Shown here: positions 1-9,167 of the stretch, piece after piece
Position numbering within the stretch: the first letter of the stretch is position 1
How the letters are laid out: each line of letters opens with the position of its first letter
Made by a program: the position numbers and the translations under genes
Origin: a bacterium
Lineage (GTDB): Archaea; Thermoplasmatota; E2; JACPAO01; JAHFTW01
Direction: 5' to 3'
Assembly: GCA_040390065.1 (NCBI GenBank)
Contig: JAZJZE010000009.1
Location: 128,001-192,000 of the forward strand
DNA: 64,000 bases
The notes under the pieces: model-generated
Seen by the model: only the letters and a program-made list of their open reading frames with translations
Told to the model about the DNA's origin: nothing
Databases searched by the model: none

Positions 1-1495
1 CCTCAAGCCCAGCGAACTCGATGCGCAGATTGCCGTGCTCAAGGCGAAATGCCCGACGTGCGGCGAGACCAAGTGGTCCCCGGCCGCGCGCCAGAACCTC
101 ATGAACCAGACGGAGATCGGCCCCGGCTCCGGCCGCGTCGGATACCTGCGCCCCGAGACCGCGCAAGGCATCTTCACGGACTTCCCCCTCCTGTTCCGGC
201 ATTTCCGCGAACGCCTCCCGTTCGGCGTCGTCCAGCTGGGCGGTTCGAACCGCAACGAGATCAGCCCCCGCCAAGGCATGCTGCGCCTGCGGGAGTTCAG
301 CATGATGGAGGCCGAGATCTTCTACGACCCCGCCGAGAAGAGGCACCCGCGCTTCGGCGACGTCGCCGACCGCACCGCCACTTTCGTGCCGCAGACTGAC
401 GAGAAGGACCACGTCCTCACGTTCCGCCAGGCCGTCGACCAGAAGATGGTCGCCAACCAAGCCCTCGCCTATTGGCTCGCGCGCACGCAGGAATTCCTGG
501 TCGCCGCCGGCCTGGACCCGAAGCGCCTGCATTTCCGGCAACACCTCAAGGACGAGATGGCGCACTACGCCGCAGATTGCTGGGACGCCGAATTCCACAG
601 CGACCGCTACGGCTGGGTCGAATGCGTGGGTGTCGCCGACCGCGGGAACTACGACTTGACGCAGCATGCAAAGAAGAGTGGCGTCGATGTCCTGAACCCG
701 ATGACGGGCGCGACGGAGCGTCGGCTGAACCCCGAGTTTCTCCGCTTCGTCAAAGCACCGGCCCAGCCGACCGGATTCTCGTCCGTCGACCACGTCCCGT
801 CGAAGAAGTTCTTCCCGACGTTCAAGCAGAAAGCCAAGGCGCTCGAGTGGGCAATGTCGGCTGCCTCCCCGTATGCTCGTGAAGCAGCGGCCCACGGCGT
901 CGGCGGCCACGACTGGCAGCGCCGCGACGAGGATTGGCTCATCACCGAAACCGTCGTCAAGACCGACGCCGCCTCGCAGCCCCTTCGTCTCAAGGTCGGC
1001 GCGGAGACCGTCGAAGTCCCCGCCGACTGCTACAACGTCGTCGCCAAGGATGTCGTCGTGCAAGGTCGCCGCACCATCCCCTGCGTCATCGAGCCGTCCT
1101 TCGGCGTCGACCGCATCCTCTACGCCATCTGGGAGCACGCCTACGAGTCGGGCCAGAAGAACGGCGAAGCGTACACGCGGTTGCGCCTCAGCCCAAAGGT
1201 GGCGCCGGTGCAGGTCGCAGTCCTGCCGCTCACGGGGAAGGACGGTTTGCCCGAGAGGGCCAAGGAGATTGAGTGGACTCTGCGCCGCGCGGGACTCCTC
1301 ACGGATTTCGACGAGTCGGGCTCGATCGGCCGCCGCTACGCGCGCCAGGACGAAGTCGGGACACCGTTCTGCATCACCATCGACAACGAGACCTTGGTGG
1401 ACAAGGCGGTCACAATCCGCGAGCGGGACTCCGGCGCACAGGTTCGCGTCCCAATCGCGGGGCTGGCGGGCCACTTGTCAAGTCGTCTCGCCTGA
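1..1495 (+). CDS. glyS: Glycine--tRNA ligase (alpha2 type), 5'-truncated by the window edge
   Basis: YLRPETAQG, RNEISPRQGMLRLREF, EMAHYAADCWD, IEPSFGVDR and anticodon-domain GSIGRRYARQDEVGTPFCITID motifs. Confidence 0.97.
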   Translation, partial: LKPSELDAQIAVLKAKCPTCGETKWSPAARQNLMNQTEIGPGSGRVGYLRPETAQGIFTDFPLLFRHFRERLPFGVVQLGGSNRNEISPRQGMLRLREFSMMEAEIFYDPAEKRHPRFGDVADRTATFVPQTDEKDHVLTFRQAVDQKMVANQALAYWLARTQEFLVAAGLDPKRLHFRQHLKDEMAHYAADCWDAEFHSDRYGWVECVGVADRGNYDLTQHAKKSGVDVLNPMTGATERRLNPEFLRFVKAPAQPTGFSSVDHVPSKKFFPTFKQKAKALEWAMSAASPYAREAAAHGVGGHDWQRRDEDWLITETVVKTDAASQPLRLKVGAETVEVPADCYNVVAKDVVVQGRRTIPCVIEPSFGVDRILYAIWEHAYESGQKNGEAYTRLRLSPKVAPVQVAVLPLTGKDGLPERAKEIEWTLRRAGLLTDFDESGSIGRRYARQDEVGTPFCITIDNETLVDKAVTIRERDSGAQVRVPIAGLAGHLSSRLA

Positions 1496-1510
1496 GTGTG
1501 GGGGGCCTCA

Positions 1511-1576
1511 GAGAACGGGAGCAGAACGGAGAACAGGAACCCATTCCCCTTCTCTCCGTGGCATTCCTGTTCTCCC
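1511..1576. repeat. GGAGAACAGGAA/TTCCTGTTCTCC palindromic repeat, copy 1
   Basis: Inverted repeat just after the glyS stop; near-identical copy at 61035-61110. Confidence 0.8.
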
Positions 1577-1716
1577 AGCCCGCCCTAGCTCAGGAAGGGC
1601 AGCGCGCCGCAGAAACCTCGGAATGACCGAAAGACCCGCATTGGCAGTACCGGCCCTTCCGTCCAGAACACCCTCGCCGATGCGGCGGACCCGCAATCCA
1701 GGCAGGCCGAAATCTC

Positions 1717-2031
1717 CTACGTCGAGCGGTTGTCCACGACGACGACGCGTGGTTTGTCCTCGGCGAAGGCCCGGATGGCCCCGCCGACGGCGGCAAGCAC
1801 GATGCCGATGCCGGCGCCGATCAGGCCGGAGATGGCGATGACCATGCCCATCTGGGCTCGCGCCTGGGTCTCCTTGTCGTTGCCGGACGAAAAGAGTGTC
1901 GGGTCCTGGTGGTTGGCCAGGGCGGCGTCGAAGCCGAAGTATCCGATGGCGGCGGCAAGGAGCCCGGCGCCGACGAGGACGACGCCGGGGATGAGAAGGA
2001 ACGTTCCGATGCCGTACGCGATGCGGGCCAT
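1717..2031 (-). CDS. Small two-TM membrane protein
   Basis: MARIAYGIGTFLL... two hydrophobic helices; resembles the N-terminus of 3077-3967. Confidence 0.7.
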   Translation of the reverse strand: MARIAYGIGTFLLIPGVVLVGAGLLAAAIGYFGFDAALANHQDPTLFSSGNDKETQARAQMGMVIAISGLIGAGIGIVLAAVGGAIRAFAEDKPRVVVVDNRST

Positions 2032-2084
2032 GCGACTCGATGCCGCGGCCTGGCAAAAAAGCGTTCCGGTGGTCCTGCCGAAGC

Positions 2085-2303
2085 CTAGGCGGGGTCGCGG
2101 CCGCGCTTGCGCCGTTCGGCCGATGTGCCCAAGAAGCACAACGCCAGGGCGATGACCAGGGCGCCGACGATGGTCGGCATGTAGATGAACGACGACCAGC
2201 CGGCGGGCTCGAAGGCCATGCGCACGCCCATGCCGCTTGCCAGAAGGAGAGCGCAGGCTGCGAGGACGAAGTACATGCGGCGCGGGCGCGACGTGGCGTT
2301 CAT
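2085..2303 (-). CDS. Small two-TM membrane protein
   Basis: 72 aa, two hydrophobic segments, ATGA overlap with the upstream methyltransferase stop. Confidence 0.6.
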   Translation of the reverse strand: MNATSRPRRMYFVLAACALLLASGMGVRMAFEPAGWSSFIYMPTIVGALVIALALCFLGTSAERRKRGRDPA

Positions 2304-3040
2304 GCCGCCACCTGCCGGACGCGTTCGAAGAGGATGACGGCGGCGGCCGCGCTGACGTTGAGGGACAAGTCGCCACCGGGCGTCGGGATGCAGGCGCGGC
2401 CGTCGACGGCGTCGAGGGTCTGCCGCGACAAGCCTTCGGATTCGCCGCCGAAGACGACGCAGATGGGGCCACTCAACTTCAGGCGCCAGGGGGCCTTGCC
2501 GCCGTTGGCGTCGGCGCCGATCACCCAGACGCCTTCGCGCTTCAGTGTGGCAACGGCGGTCGCCAGGCTGGAGACGTGGGCGACGGGCAGGAGCGAGAAG
2601 GCGCCGGAGGCCGCCTTGATGGCGCCCGTCCCAATGGTCGCGGTGCCCTTCTCGGGGACGATGAGGCCGTCGGCGCCGGCCAGGAGCGCGCTGCGGGCAA
2701 TGGCGCCCAGGTTCTGCGGGTCTTCGATGCCGTCGACGGCGACCAGGAACGGTTCGTGCCCGGCCTGGCGGGCCCCCTCGATGAGGTCGCGCACACTCAC
2801 GTTGGCAAGCGGGGCGACGATGGCGCCGACGCCTTGGCTTGCCGTGCCCACGGTGCGCACGAGGTCGCCCGGGGTGACGTAGCGTACCACGAGGCCGCGC
2901 GTGGTGGCCTCGGCGATGATCTGGTCGAGGGCGTCGTCCTGGCCTGCTTCCCTGGAAACGAGGACGGAGTGCACCTCGCGGCCGCTGCGCAGCGCCTGCA
3001 GGACTGCGTGTCTGCCGGCGATGCCCTCGCGCTCGGCCAC
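2300..3040 (-). CDS. SpoU/TrmH-family RNA 2'-O-methyltransferase (RlmB-like)
   Basis: IAGRHAV, DGIEDPQNLGAIARSA, GGESEGL and SLNVSAAAAVILFE motifs. Confidence 0.93.
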   Translation of the reverse strand: MAEREGIAGRHAVLQALRSGREVHSVLVSREAGQDDALDQIIAEATTRGLVVRYVTPGDLVRTVGTASQGVGAIVAPLANVSVRDLIEGARQAGHEPFLVAVDGIEDPQNLGAIARSALLAGADGLIVPEKGTATIGTGAIKAASGAFSLLPVAHVSSLATAVATLKREGVWVIGADANGGKAPWRLKLSGPICVVFGGESEGLSRQTLDAVDGRACIPTPGGDLSLNVSAAAAVILFERVRQVAA

Positions 3041-3076
3041 GGCATCCCGAAGCCGGCCACCATCAAAGCCCTGGCG

Positions 3077-3967
3077 TCATGAGACGCAGAGGACCGCCAA
3101 GGAGAAGTCCTGCGGCGGCACCACTTGGGCATCACCGTCGGGGAAGACCGCGAGGTGGTACGCGACGCCCGGAGCAAACTTGTCGCCCGCCGTGCGCAGG
3201 TCCATGACCAGCCCCGGACCGCCGTGGCCCTCCTTGGCGAGCGTTCCACCGACGCTGGCTTGCAACTCGAGCGCCGTCGGCCCGCCTGTGGTGGGGCTCC
3301 AATTCAGGGTCACAGTGCAGGCGGTGCTGCCGGCGGGGACGGTGAAGTCGGCGCCGTTGTTGCCGCCGCCGTTCAGGGCCATGCCGTTCACGGATACGCC
3401 TTGCACGTTGCCGGCGTGCGTCTCGTTGAGAAGGATGCCGCTGGGGCCGGACTCGGGGGGGCGACTGGCGCCGCCGGACATCACGCCCTTGAAACCCCCG
3501 ACTGCCACGAAGGCCCACACGACCAGCACGAGAGCGAAAAGGAGAATGCCCGCGATTGCGGCCCGGCGAGCGCCCGACGGTTGGGTCGCCGGGGCGGCGG
3601 TTCGGGCCGATGCGGGTTCTGCCGCCGCGCCTTTGACTGAGCGGGAGGCGGCGGTTGCGGCATTCGCGTTGGCGACGGCCGCGGCGCCGACGGCGCGCGT
3701 CATCTGCGTGTCGCGGCGCGCCCCGCCTGCAACGAGGAGGACGATTCCCACGATGACGGCGGCAAGGCCGGCCGCGGCGCCGATTGCGCCGTACGTGATG
3801 ACTTGCTTGTTCTCCTCCGTCTTCTTGTTGTCCTGGAACAAACCATGGTCCTGGTTGTCCTTCTGCTGCATGAAGCCGTACGCGGCCGCCCCGAGGCCGC
3901 CCACGACGGCGACGATGCCTAGGATCAGGAAAACGACGCCAAACGACTTGAGGATGCCACCGGCCAT
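3077..3967 (-). CDS. Membrane protein with C-terminal extracellular beta-rich domain
   Basis: Three TM helices, Ala/Pro linker, T/G-rich C-terminal domain. Confidence 0.75.
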   Translation of the reverse strand: MAGGILKSFGVVFLILGIVAVVGGLGAAAYGFMQQKDNQDHGLFQDNKKTEENKQVITYGAIGAAAGLAAVIVGIVLLVAGGARRDTQMTRAVGAAAVANANAATAASRSVKGAAAEPASARTAAPATQPSGARRAAIAGILLFALVLVVWAFVAVGGFKGVMSGGASRPPESGPSGILLNETHAGNVQGVSVNGMALNGGGNNGADFTVPAGSTACTVTLNWSPTTGGPTALELQASVGGTLAKEGHGGPGLVMDLRTAGDKFAPGVAYHLAVFPDGDAQVVPPQDFSLAVLCVS

Positions 3968-4035
3968 GCCGCGGCCAGGAACGTTTCACTTGAAAAGCCC
4001 TGCGTGCGCCGTCCCGTCGGCACGGGGTTTCGGAC

Positions 4036-5301
4036 TCAGCCGGCAACACCGTTGGGGGAGGCGTCCTCCGGGTGGTCGCGCTGGGGCGGCTCCTTGAATC
4101 CAGCCCACGCCACCAGGGCAACGAACGCCAGCCCAGATACGCCGGCGCCCCATGCGAAGGCTGCCCACGGCCCGTATGCGTCCCACAGCAGGCCCGCCGC
4201 AAGGCCGCCCAGGATGGTCGCGACACCCGTCGTGAAATGGAACCAGCCCAAGCGGTGGGAACGGCCGGAGGAGCCAGCCAGGTCGGCCGCCAGCGCGCGC
4301 CCCGTGCCTTCGGTGGCCGCGAACGAGAAGCCGAGCACCACGAAGCCGGCGGCGATGCTCCATCCGCTTGGCTGCAGTGCGAAGAGGGCAAACGAGCCGG
4401 CGGCCAAGGCGTAGCCGAAGGCGAGGACGCGGATGCGCCCAAAGCGGTCGGTCAGCTGCCCGGCGGGGTACGCCGCGGCCATGTAGACGAGGTTGAAGAC
4501 GAGGTAGAGAAGGACGGCCCCCGCCGCGGTCGGCAGCCCGCCCCAGCGCAAGGCCGCGGCGCGCAAGATGAAGAACAGGTAACTCACGTGGCCGAGGTAG
4601 AACAATCCGGACACCACGAGGTAGCCGCCGTAGCGCGGTGACAGCGGTTCCAAGGGGGAGGCGCCGTCCTGCACTGCATCGCGGGGCCGCCGCACGAACA
4701 GGATCGGGATGACGGACGTCAGGCCGATGACGGCTCCGGCCAGGACGATCTTGGATTCCAGGCTGCTCTGCACCTTCGGGTCCGTGGATTGGAACGAGGC
4801 GAGGGCCACGAGGGCGATCACGATGCCGATGACGGCGCCTGCCGTGTCCGCGGCGCGGTGCAAGCCGAAGGCCCGCCCGCGTGCGTTCCTTGGCACGACG
4901 TCAGCGAGCATGGCATCGCGCGGTGCGGTGCGCAATCCCTTTCCGACGCGGTCGAGGGAGCGAAATGCCAGGCTCACGGGCCAAGCGGTCGCGAGGGCGA
5001 CGCCGAAGCGCGACGCGGACGCCAGACCGTAGCCGCCGGCCACGATGGCCTTCTTGCGCGACGACCGCTCCCCCCAGTAGCCGCCGACCAGCTTGAAGAA
5101 ATGGCCCACGGCTTCGCTGCCGCCGCCGACGATGCCGAGACCCAGGCCGGTCGCGCCCTGTGCCACGAGCAGGAACGGCAAGACTGATTGCAGCATCTCG
5201 CCGGAGACGTCGGAGATAAGGCTCGCGGCCGACAGGAGCCGGATGTCCCTCCAGGCTGCCAGGTCGCGTGCCACTGTGCATGCGAGGGCTGGCCCCCGCA
5301 T
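4036..5301 (-). CDS. MFS transporter
   Basis: SLISDVSGEM, LDRVGKGLRTAPRDAMLA, GRAFGLHRAADTAGA and GQLTDRFGR motifs; start approximate. Confidence 0.92.
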   Translation of the reverse strand: MRGPALACTVARDLAAWRDIRLLSAASLISDVSGEMLQSVLPFLLVAQGATGLGLGIVGGGSEAVGHFFKLVGGYWGERSSRKKAIVAGGYGLASASRFGVALATAWPVSLAFRSLDRVGKGLRTAPRDAMLADVVPRNARGRAFGLHRAADTAGAVIGIVIALVALASFQSTDPKVQSSLESKIVLAGAVIGLTSVIPILFVRRPRDAVQDGASPLEPLSPRYGGYLVVSGLFYLGHVSYLFFILRAAALRWGGLPTAAGAVLLYLVFNLVYMAAAYPAGQLTDRFGRIRVLAFGYALAAGSFALFALQPSGWSIAAGFVVLGFSFAATEGTGRALAADLAGSSGRSHRLGWFHFTTGVATILGGLAAGLLWDAYGPWAAFAWGAGVSGLAFVALVAWAGFKEPPQRDHPEDASPNGVAG

Positions 5302-5354
5302 CAGGCTTCTGCCCTGACGGGCATGTTCTTGGGCCGCCGAGACCGTCGTGGGGC

Positions 5355-6230
5355 GTGGCCCAGGCCGCTTTGCGCAGGCCCGAAAACGCCGCGGGCGACT
5401 TCTTCGTCGACACGACCTGCATCGACTGCGACACGTGCCGGTGGATGGCACCCTCGGTGTTCGCCCGGCGCGGCCCGATGAGCGCCGTGGCGCACCAGCC
5501 GCAAGGTGCGTCGGAGCGTCGGGCGGCACTGCACGCCTTGCTCAGTTGTCCCACAGCCTCCATCGGGACGACCGCGAAGGCCCCCGACCTCGCCGTCGCC
5601 CAACGCGAATTCCCGATCCCCATCGTGGGCGACGTGTTCCACTGCGGTTACCACAGCCCGGACTCGTTCGGTGCGGCAAGCTACTTCATCCGCCGACCCG
5701 GAGGCAACGTCCTCATCGACTCGCCCCGCTTCACGGCACCACTCGTGCGCCAGCTCGACGAGATGGGCGGCGTGGCCTGGATGCTGCTGACGCACCGCGA
5801 CGACGTGGCCGACCACGACAAGTTCGCCACGCACTTCGGACTACGCCGGGTCATCCATGCCCGCGATGCTGGCGGCGTCGACGCCGAGACCGTCCTGGAG
5901 GGCGACAATGCGGCGCAGATCCTGCCGGGGCTCATGGCCATCCCGACCCCGGGCCACACGGCCGGCCACATGGTCTTCCTTTGGGCGCAATCCGGCGGCG
6001 TCCTGTTCACCGGCGACCACCTCGCCTACGACGATGAAGCGGGCCACCTCGAGGCATGGCCCGACGTCTGCTGGCACGACTGGGGTGCACAGACGGCCAG
6101 CATGCGGCGACTCACGGACATCGACTTCGAATGGGTGCTTCCCGGGCATGGCCGCCGGGTCCACCTTGACGAGCCGACGATGAAGCGCGAACTCCTGCGC
6201 CTGCTTGCCTGGATGACGAGCCAGGCATGA
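5355..6230 (+). CDS. Ferredoxin-fused MBL-fold metallo-hydrolase
   Basis: N-terminal CIDCDTC...CPT; THRDDVADH, TPGHTAGH, FTGDH, LPGHG; GTG start chosen. Confidence 0.92.
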   Translation: MAQAALRRPENAAGDFFVDTTCIDCDTCRWMAPSVFARRGPMSAVAHQPQGASERRAALHALLSCPTASIGTTAKAPDLAVAQREFPIPIVGDVFHCGYHSPDSFGAASYFIRRPGGNVLIDSPRFTAPLVRQLDEMGGVAWMLLTHRDDVADHDKFATHFGLRRVIHARDAGGVDAETVLEGDNAAQILPGLMAIPTPGHTAGHMVFLWAQSGGVLFTGDHLAYDDEAGHLEAWPDVCWHDWGAQTASMRRLTDIDFEWVLPGHGRRVHLDEPTMKRELLRLLAWMTSQA

Positions 6231-6267
6231 CCGCCACGCTTCTGTGTCAGGCACGGCTGGGCGCCGC

Positions 6268-7005
6268 GTGGACCCGGTCGCAACGGAACGCCTGTGGCTG
6301 ACGCAGCCGCGGCGCAGCACATGCCTTGCCCGCGTGGTTGCGGTCCGCGGCGACAAGGTGGCCTTCGACCGCAGCCTCTTTGCACCGGCAAGCCACGCGC
6401 ATCGCCACCCGCAGCCGCACGATACCGGCACCGTCTGGGTCGAAGGCGAGAAGCGCCGGATGGACCGGGCGTTCCTGCGCGACGGCACGCTCTGGCACCA
6501 CATCCGCGGGCGCGTGCCGGCAGTCGGGGCCGCGCTCAACTGCCAACTCGACCAGGACCGACGCGAGCGGGCGTCGCGGGCGCACACCGCCATGCACCTT
6601 CTGATTGCGGCCGTGCAAGGGGCGTCCGGCCCGGCACTCGCCGGCGAGCCCTCCGTGAAGGGCGGCGGCACCTTCCGCCTCGAATTCGCGACCAGGCACA
6701 TCCCAGCCCCGGACCTGGCGGCTTGGCTTGCCCGCGCCAATACGTGGGTCCAGGAGGACCACAAGGTATCCGTCGAGCACGTGCTGCGTGAACTTGCCGC
6801 GCGCGCCCTTGACGTGCAGCGCTTCGATCCGCCACACGCGTATCCGGGACCCGACTTGACGATCGACGCCGTCCGCATCGAGGGCGTCTGCGCGTACCCG
6901 TGCGACGGGACGCACGTCGAACGCACCGGCCGCGTCGGCCGCATCGTCATCAGCCAAGCGCACGCCTCCGCCGGGCGCTTCGTCGTGGTCGGCCGCGTCG
7001 GCTAG
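6268..7005 (+). CDS. AlaX-type tRNA-editing protein
   Basis: QPHDTG, HTAMHL and CDGTH zinc motifs. Confidence 0.88.
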   Translation: MDPVATERLWLTQPRRSTCLARVVAVRGDKVAFDRSLFAPASHAHRHPQPHDTGTVWVEGEKRRMDRAFLRDGTLWHHIRGRVPAVGAALNCQLDQDRRERASRAHTAMHLLIAAVQGASGPALAGEPSVKGGGTFRLEFATRHIPAPDLAAWLARANTWVQEDHKVSVEHVLRELAARALDVQRFDPPHAYPGPDLTIDAVRIEGVCAYPCDGTHVERTGRVGRIVISQAHASAGRFVVVGRVG

Positions 7006-7057
7006 GCTGCGGGTTGCAAGACGAAAAAGCCAAGAACGGGCAGTCCCGATTTCGGGC

Positions 7058-7207
7058 ATGGCCCCCGACCCCAAGATGGACGTCAACCGCGGCGACAAGG
7101 CCGCCGCCGAGCGCCTTGCGATGCTGAAGGAGTTGGCCAAGATGACGAAGCCCACCGGCGCCTCGGCCAAGGGCAAGGCCGTCGAGAAGCCGGACGAGGA
7201 CGAATAG
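7058..7207 (+). CDS. 49-aa charged small protein (not in the ORF track)
   Basis: MAPDPKMDVNRGDKAAAERLAMLKELAK...EDE*; host-like codon usage; fills the intergenic gap. Confidence 0.55.
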   Translation: MAPDPKMDVNRGDKAAAERLAMLKELAKMTKPTGASAKGKAVEKPDEDE

Positions 7208-7208
7208 T

Positions 7209-8465
7209 CTAGGCCGGATACCGTAGCGGCTTGCACTCGCTCTTCGTGGTGCCGTCGTTCCACGTGTACGTGCCGCACTCGATGACGCCCCGCGCCTGGA
7301 ACGTCAGGTGCACCTGCGCCGTGCGGTCGGCCATCTGCGACGGCACTTGGCCGACCTCCACGCGGACGGCCGTGCCGCCCACCAGCGCCTCGTCCTGGAG
7401 CTCCCATGTGCCGTCCGCGCCGCCGGCGCCGTCCAGCCGCACCCAGCCCGCTGGCGTCTCGATCCAGAAGTGCACGAACGGCTGTGGGCCTGCACCATCG
7501 ACGCGCGCCTCGAGGCGGCTCGTGTTCTGCGGGGCAACCATGGCATCGGTCGTTCCATTGCGTTGCGGCGACACGATGTACAGTGCGCCGTCGCCCTTGA
7601 CGGTCAGGGGCGCCGTCACGTTTTGCAGGGGCACCCAGACGTACGTCCCGGTGCCTGCGTATGCGGGGGCCGGCTGCGAGGGGCTCAGGATTCCTGCCTG
7701 CACGAGGGTCACGACCACGGCGATGGCAGCCATGGCCAAGCCGAGGACGATGGTGCGCCGTCGGCTCGTCACGTCGGGCGGCAAGGGCTGGCCCTTGACC
7801 TGTGCGCGCGGGGCGGGTGCTTCGGTGTCGCGCCGCATGAGGTAGGCCGCAACGAAGACGGCGCCGAAGAAGCCGATGAACAGCGTGGGGATGGCCCACG
7901 GCGGCCAGGAAGGGCGTCCCGACATGGCGAGGCCGACGATGCCGACGAGGCCCATGGCGCCGTAGAGGACCATGCCGCCGCGCCAGCCCGGAGCCAAGCG
8001 GTCGCGGAAGCGGTACGCGGCAAGAGGGCCGACGAGTCCCATCCACATGAGCGAGCCGAAGAGCCACCACTGCGTCGAGTCCGGGCGCTCGTGCGACGTC
8101 AAGGCCACGATGGCACTGGCCCATCCCGCCGCGAGGACTGGGGCGCCAATCGCCGCGAAGATGGCGATGCGTTGCCAGAGCGGGAGGCGCGGGCCGTCAA
8201 CCGTGTCGTTGGGGTCCTGCTGCGGCGCGTTGGAGGCGGGAGACGCGGTCTCGGGGTTGGCGAGGGCCGCGGCGCGCTCGCGCAGGTTGCGCCGAATGAC
8301 CCAGACGGCGAAGGCCAAGCAAGCGACGCCCAGGACGAGCGCGCCGAGGCCCAGCTTCCAGTCGCCTCCGAGGACAAGGTTTGCAACGCCGGCCACCGTC
8401 GCGACGACCCCCAGGTAGAGGTTGCGCATCGGCAATCGCGTCCAGAACCCGGGCGGCTTCTCCAT
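7209..8465 (-). CDS. Multi-pass membrane protein with C-terminal extracellular domain
   Basis: From MEKPPGFW; about 7 TM helices, then a beta-rich domain with a Cys pair. Confidence 0.75.
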   Translation of the reverse strand: MEKPPGFWTRLPMRNLYLGVVATVAGVANLVLGGDWKLGLGALVLGVACLAFAVWVIRRNLRERAAALANPETASPASNAPQQDPNDTVDGPRLPLWQRIAIFAAIGAPVLAAGWASAIVALTSHERPDSTQWWLFGSLMWMGLVGPLAAYRFRDRLAPGWRGGMVLYGAMGLVGIVGLAMSGRPSWPPWAIPTLFIGFFGAVFVAAYLMRRDTEAPAPRAQVKGQPLPPDVTSRRRTIVLGLAMAAIAVVVTLVQAGILSPSQPAPAYAGTGTYVWVPLQNVTAPLTVKGDGALYIVSPQRNGTTDAMVAPQNTSRLEARVDGAGPQPFVHFWIETPAGWVRLDGAGGADGTWELQDEALVGGTAVRVEVGQVPSQMADRTAQVHLTFQARGVIECGTYTWNDGTTKSECKPLRYPA

Positions 8466-8523
8466 CCTAGACGGCTCCAACCACGGGCCGCCCAGTGGGC
8501 CAGCGGTTCTTGGAGGTTGTGCC

Positions 8524-8632
8524 TCAGTATGTCCTGGCAAACCGCAGCGTGTCCTTTGCCTGCTTGGCGCAGACGGCGCACGCGGCTGGCGCGAAGGCCT
8601 CGTCGACGGGGACGCCGAGCGTCTTGATGTCC
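8524..8632 (-). pseudogene. Duplicated 3' end of proS (last 35 codons plus stop)
   Basis: 109 bp with 9 mismatches to 9167-9275; encodes DIKTLGVPVDEAFAPAACAVCAKQAKDTLRFARTY*. Confidence 0.95.
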
Positions 8633-8634
8633 CG

Positions 8635-8763
8635 CGACCTGCAAACAGGTCGATCATTTGCGTCGTGCTGCCTCGCTGCGCTCGGCACCACATAGCGTCG
8701 GGGGGCTGCCGCCCCCCGCCCGTGTCCCCCCGCCGGGGGGCCTGCCGGCCCCCGCGACCCCCA
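8635..8763 (-). mobile_element. Structured dispersed repeat, copy E1
   Basis: Terminal hairpin CGACCTGCAAACAGGTCG at 8635-8652 plus G/C-run hairpins, similar to 60806-60932. Confidence 0.85.
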
Positions 8764-8777
8764 GCAGCCGCTGGATC

Positions 8778-9167
8778 CTACGCCCAAGTCGCTGCGGGGC
8801 GGGGCAACAAGCGCATCACGGATTCGTCATCGCTTCGGGGAAAACGCGTTTCAGCGATGTCAAGGGCGGTCGGCTCGTCGTGCGGTGTCTCGTACGCGAA
8901 ATCCGACCAGACGACTTCGTCCCCAACCTGCGCCACGAGGGCCGCAAGGGCACCGCATCCTTCGTGGCCGCACAAGCCACACGTCGTAATCGTGGTTCGG
9001 CCCGACTTGAATGTAGGGCGTTCGAGAGGGACCCGGAACCAGACAAGGAGCTCGCCGTCGCGGAGCGGTCGCCCGTCAATGACGAAACGCCAAGCCGTCC
9101 GGTCCGGTCGCTCCACGCTGTCGGCCGTTGGGAACGTGTCGGTGTTCGGGACGAGCGCCAGCTGCAT
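8778..9167 (-). CDS. 129-aa cargo protein with CxxCGxxGC motif
   Basis: MQLALVPNT...CGLCGHEGCG...VVWSDF; ATG overlaps the proS TAA (TAATG). Confidence 0.7.
   Translation of the reverse strand: MQLALVPNTDTFPTADSVERPDRTAWRFVIDGRPLRDGELLVWFRVPLERPTFKSGRTTITTCGLCGHEGCGALAALVAQVGDEVVWSDFAYETPHDEPTALDIAETRFPRSDDESVMRLLPRPAATWA

Noticed and set aside
670-1070. Intein in the GlyRS insertion
   Set aside because: No intein terminal or endonuclease motifs; it corresponds to a variable insertion of alpha2 GlyRS.
8524-8787. 87-aa ORF ending in the ProRS C-terminus as a real gene
   Set aside because: Its N-terminal part is a translation of the GC-rich repeat element; treated as a displaced gene end.
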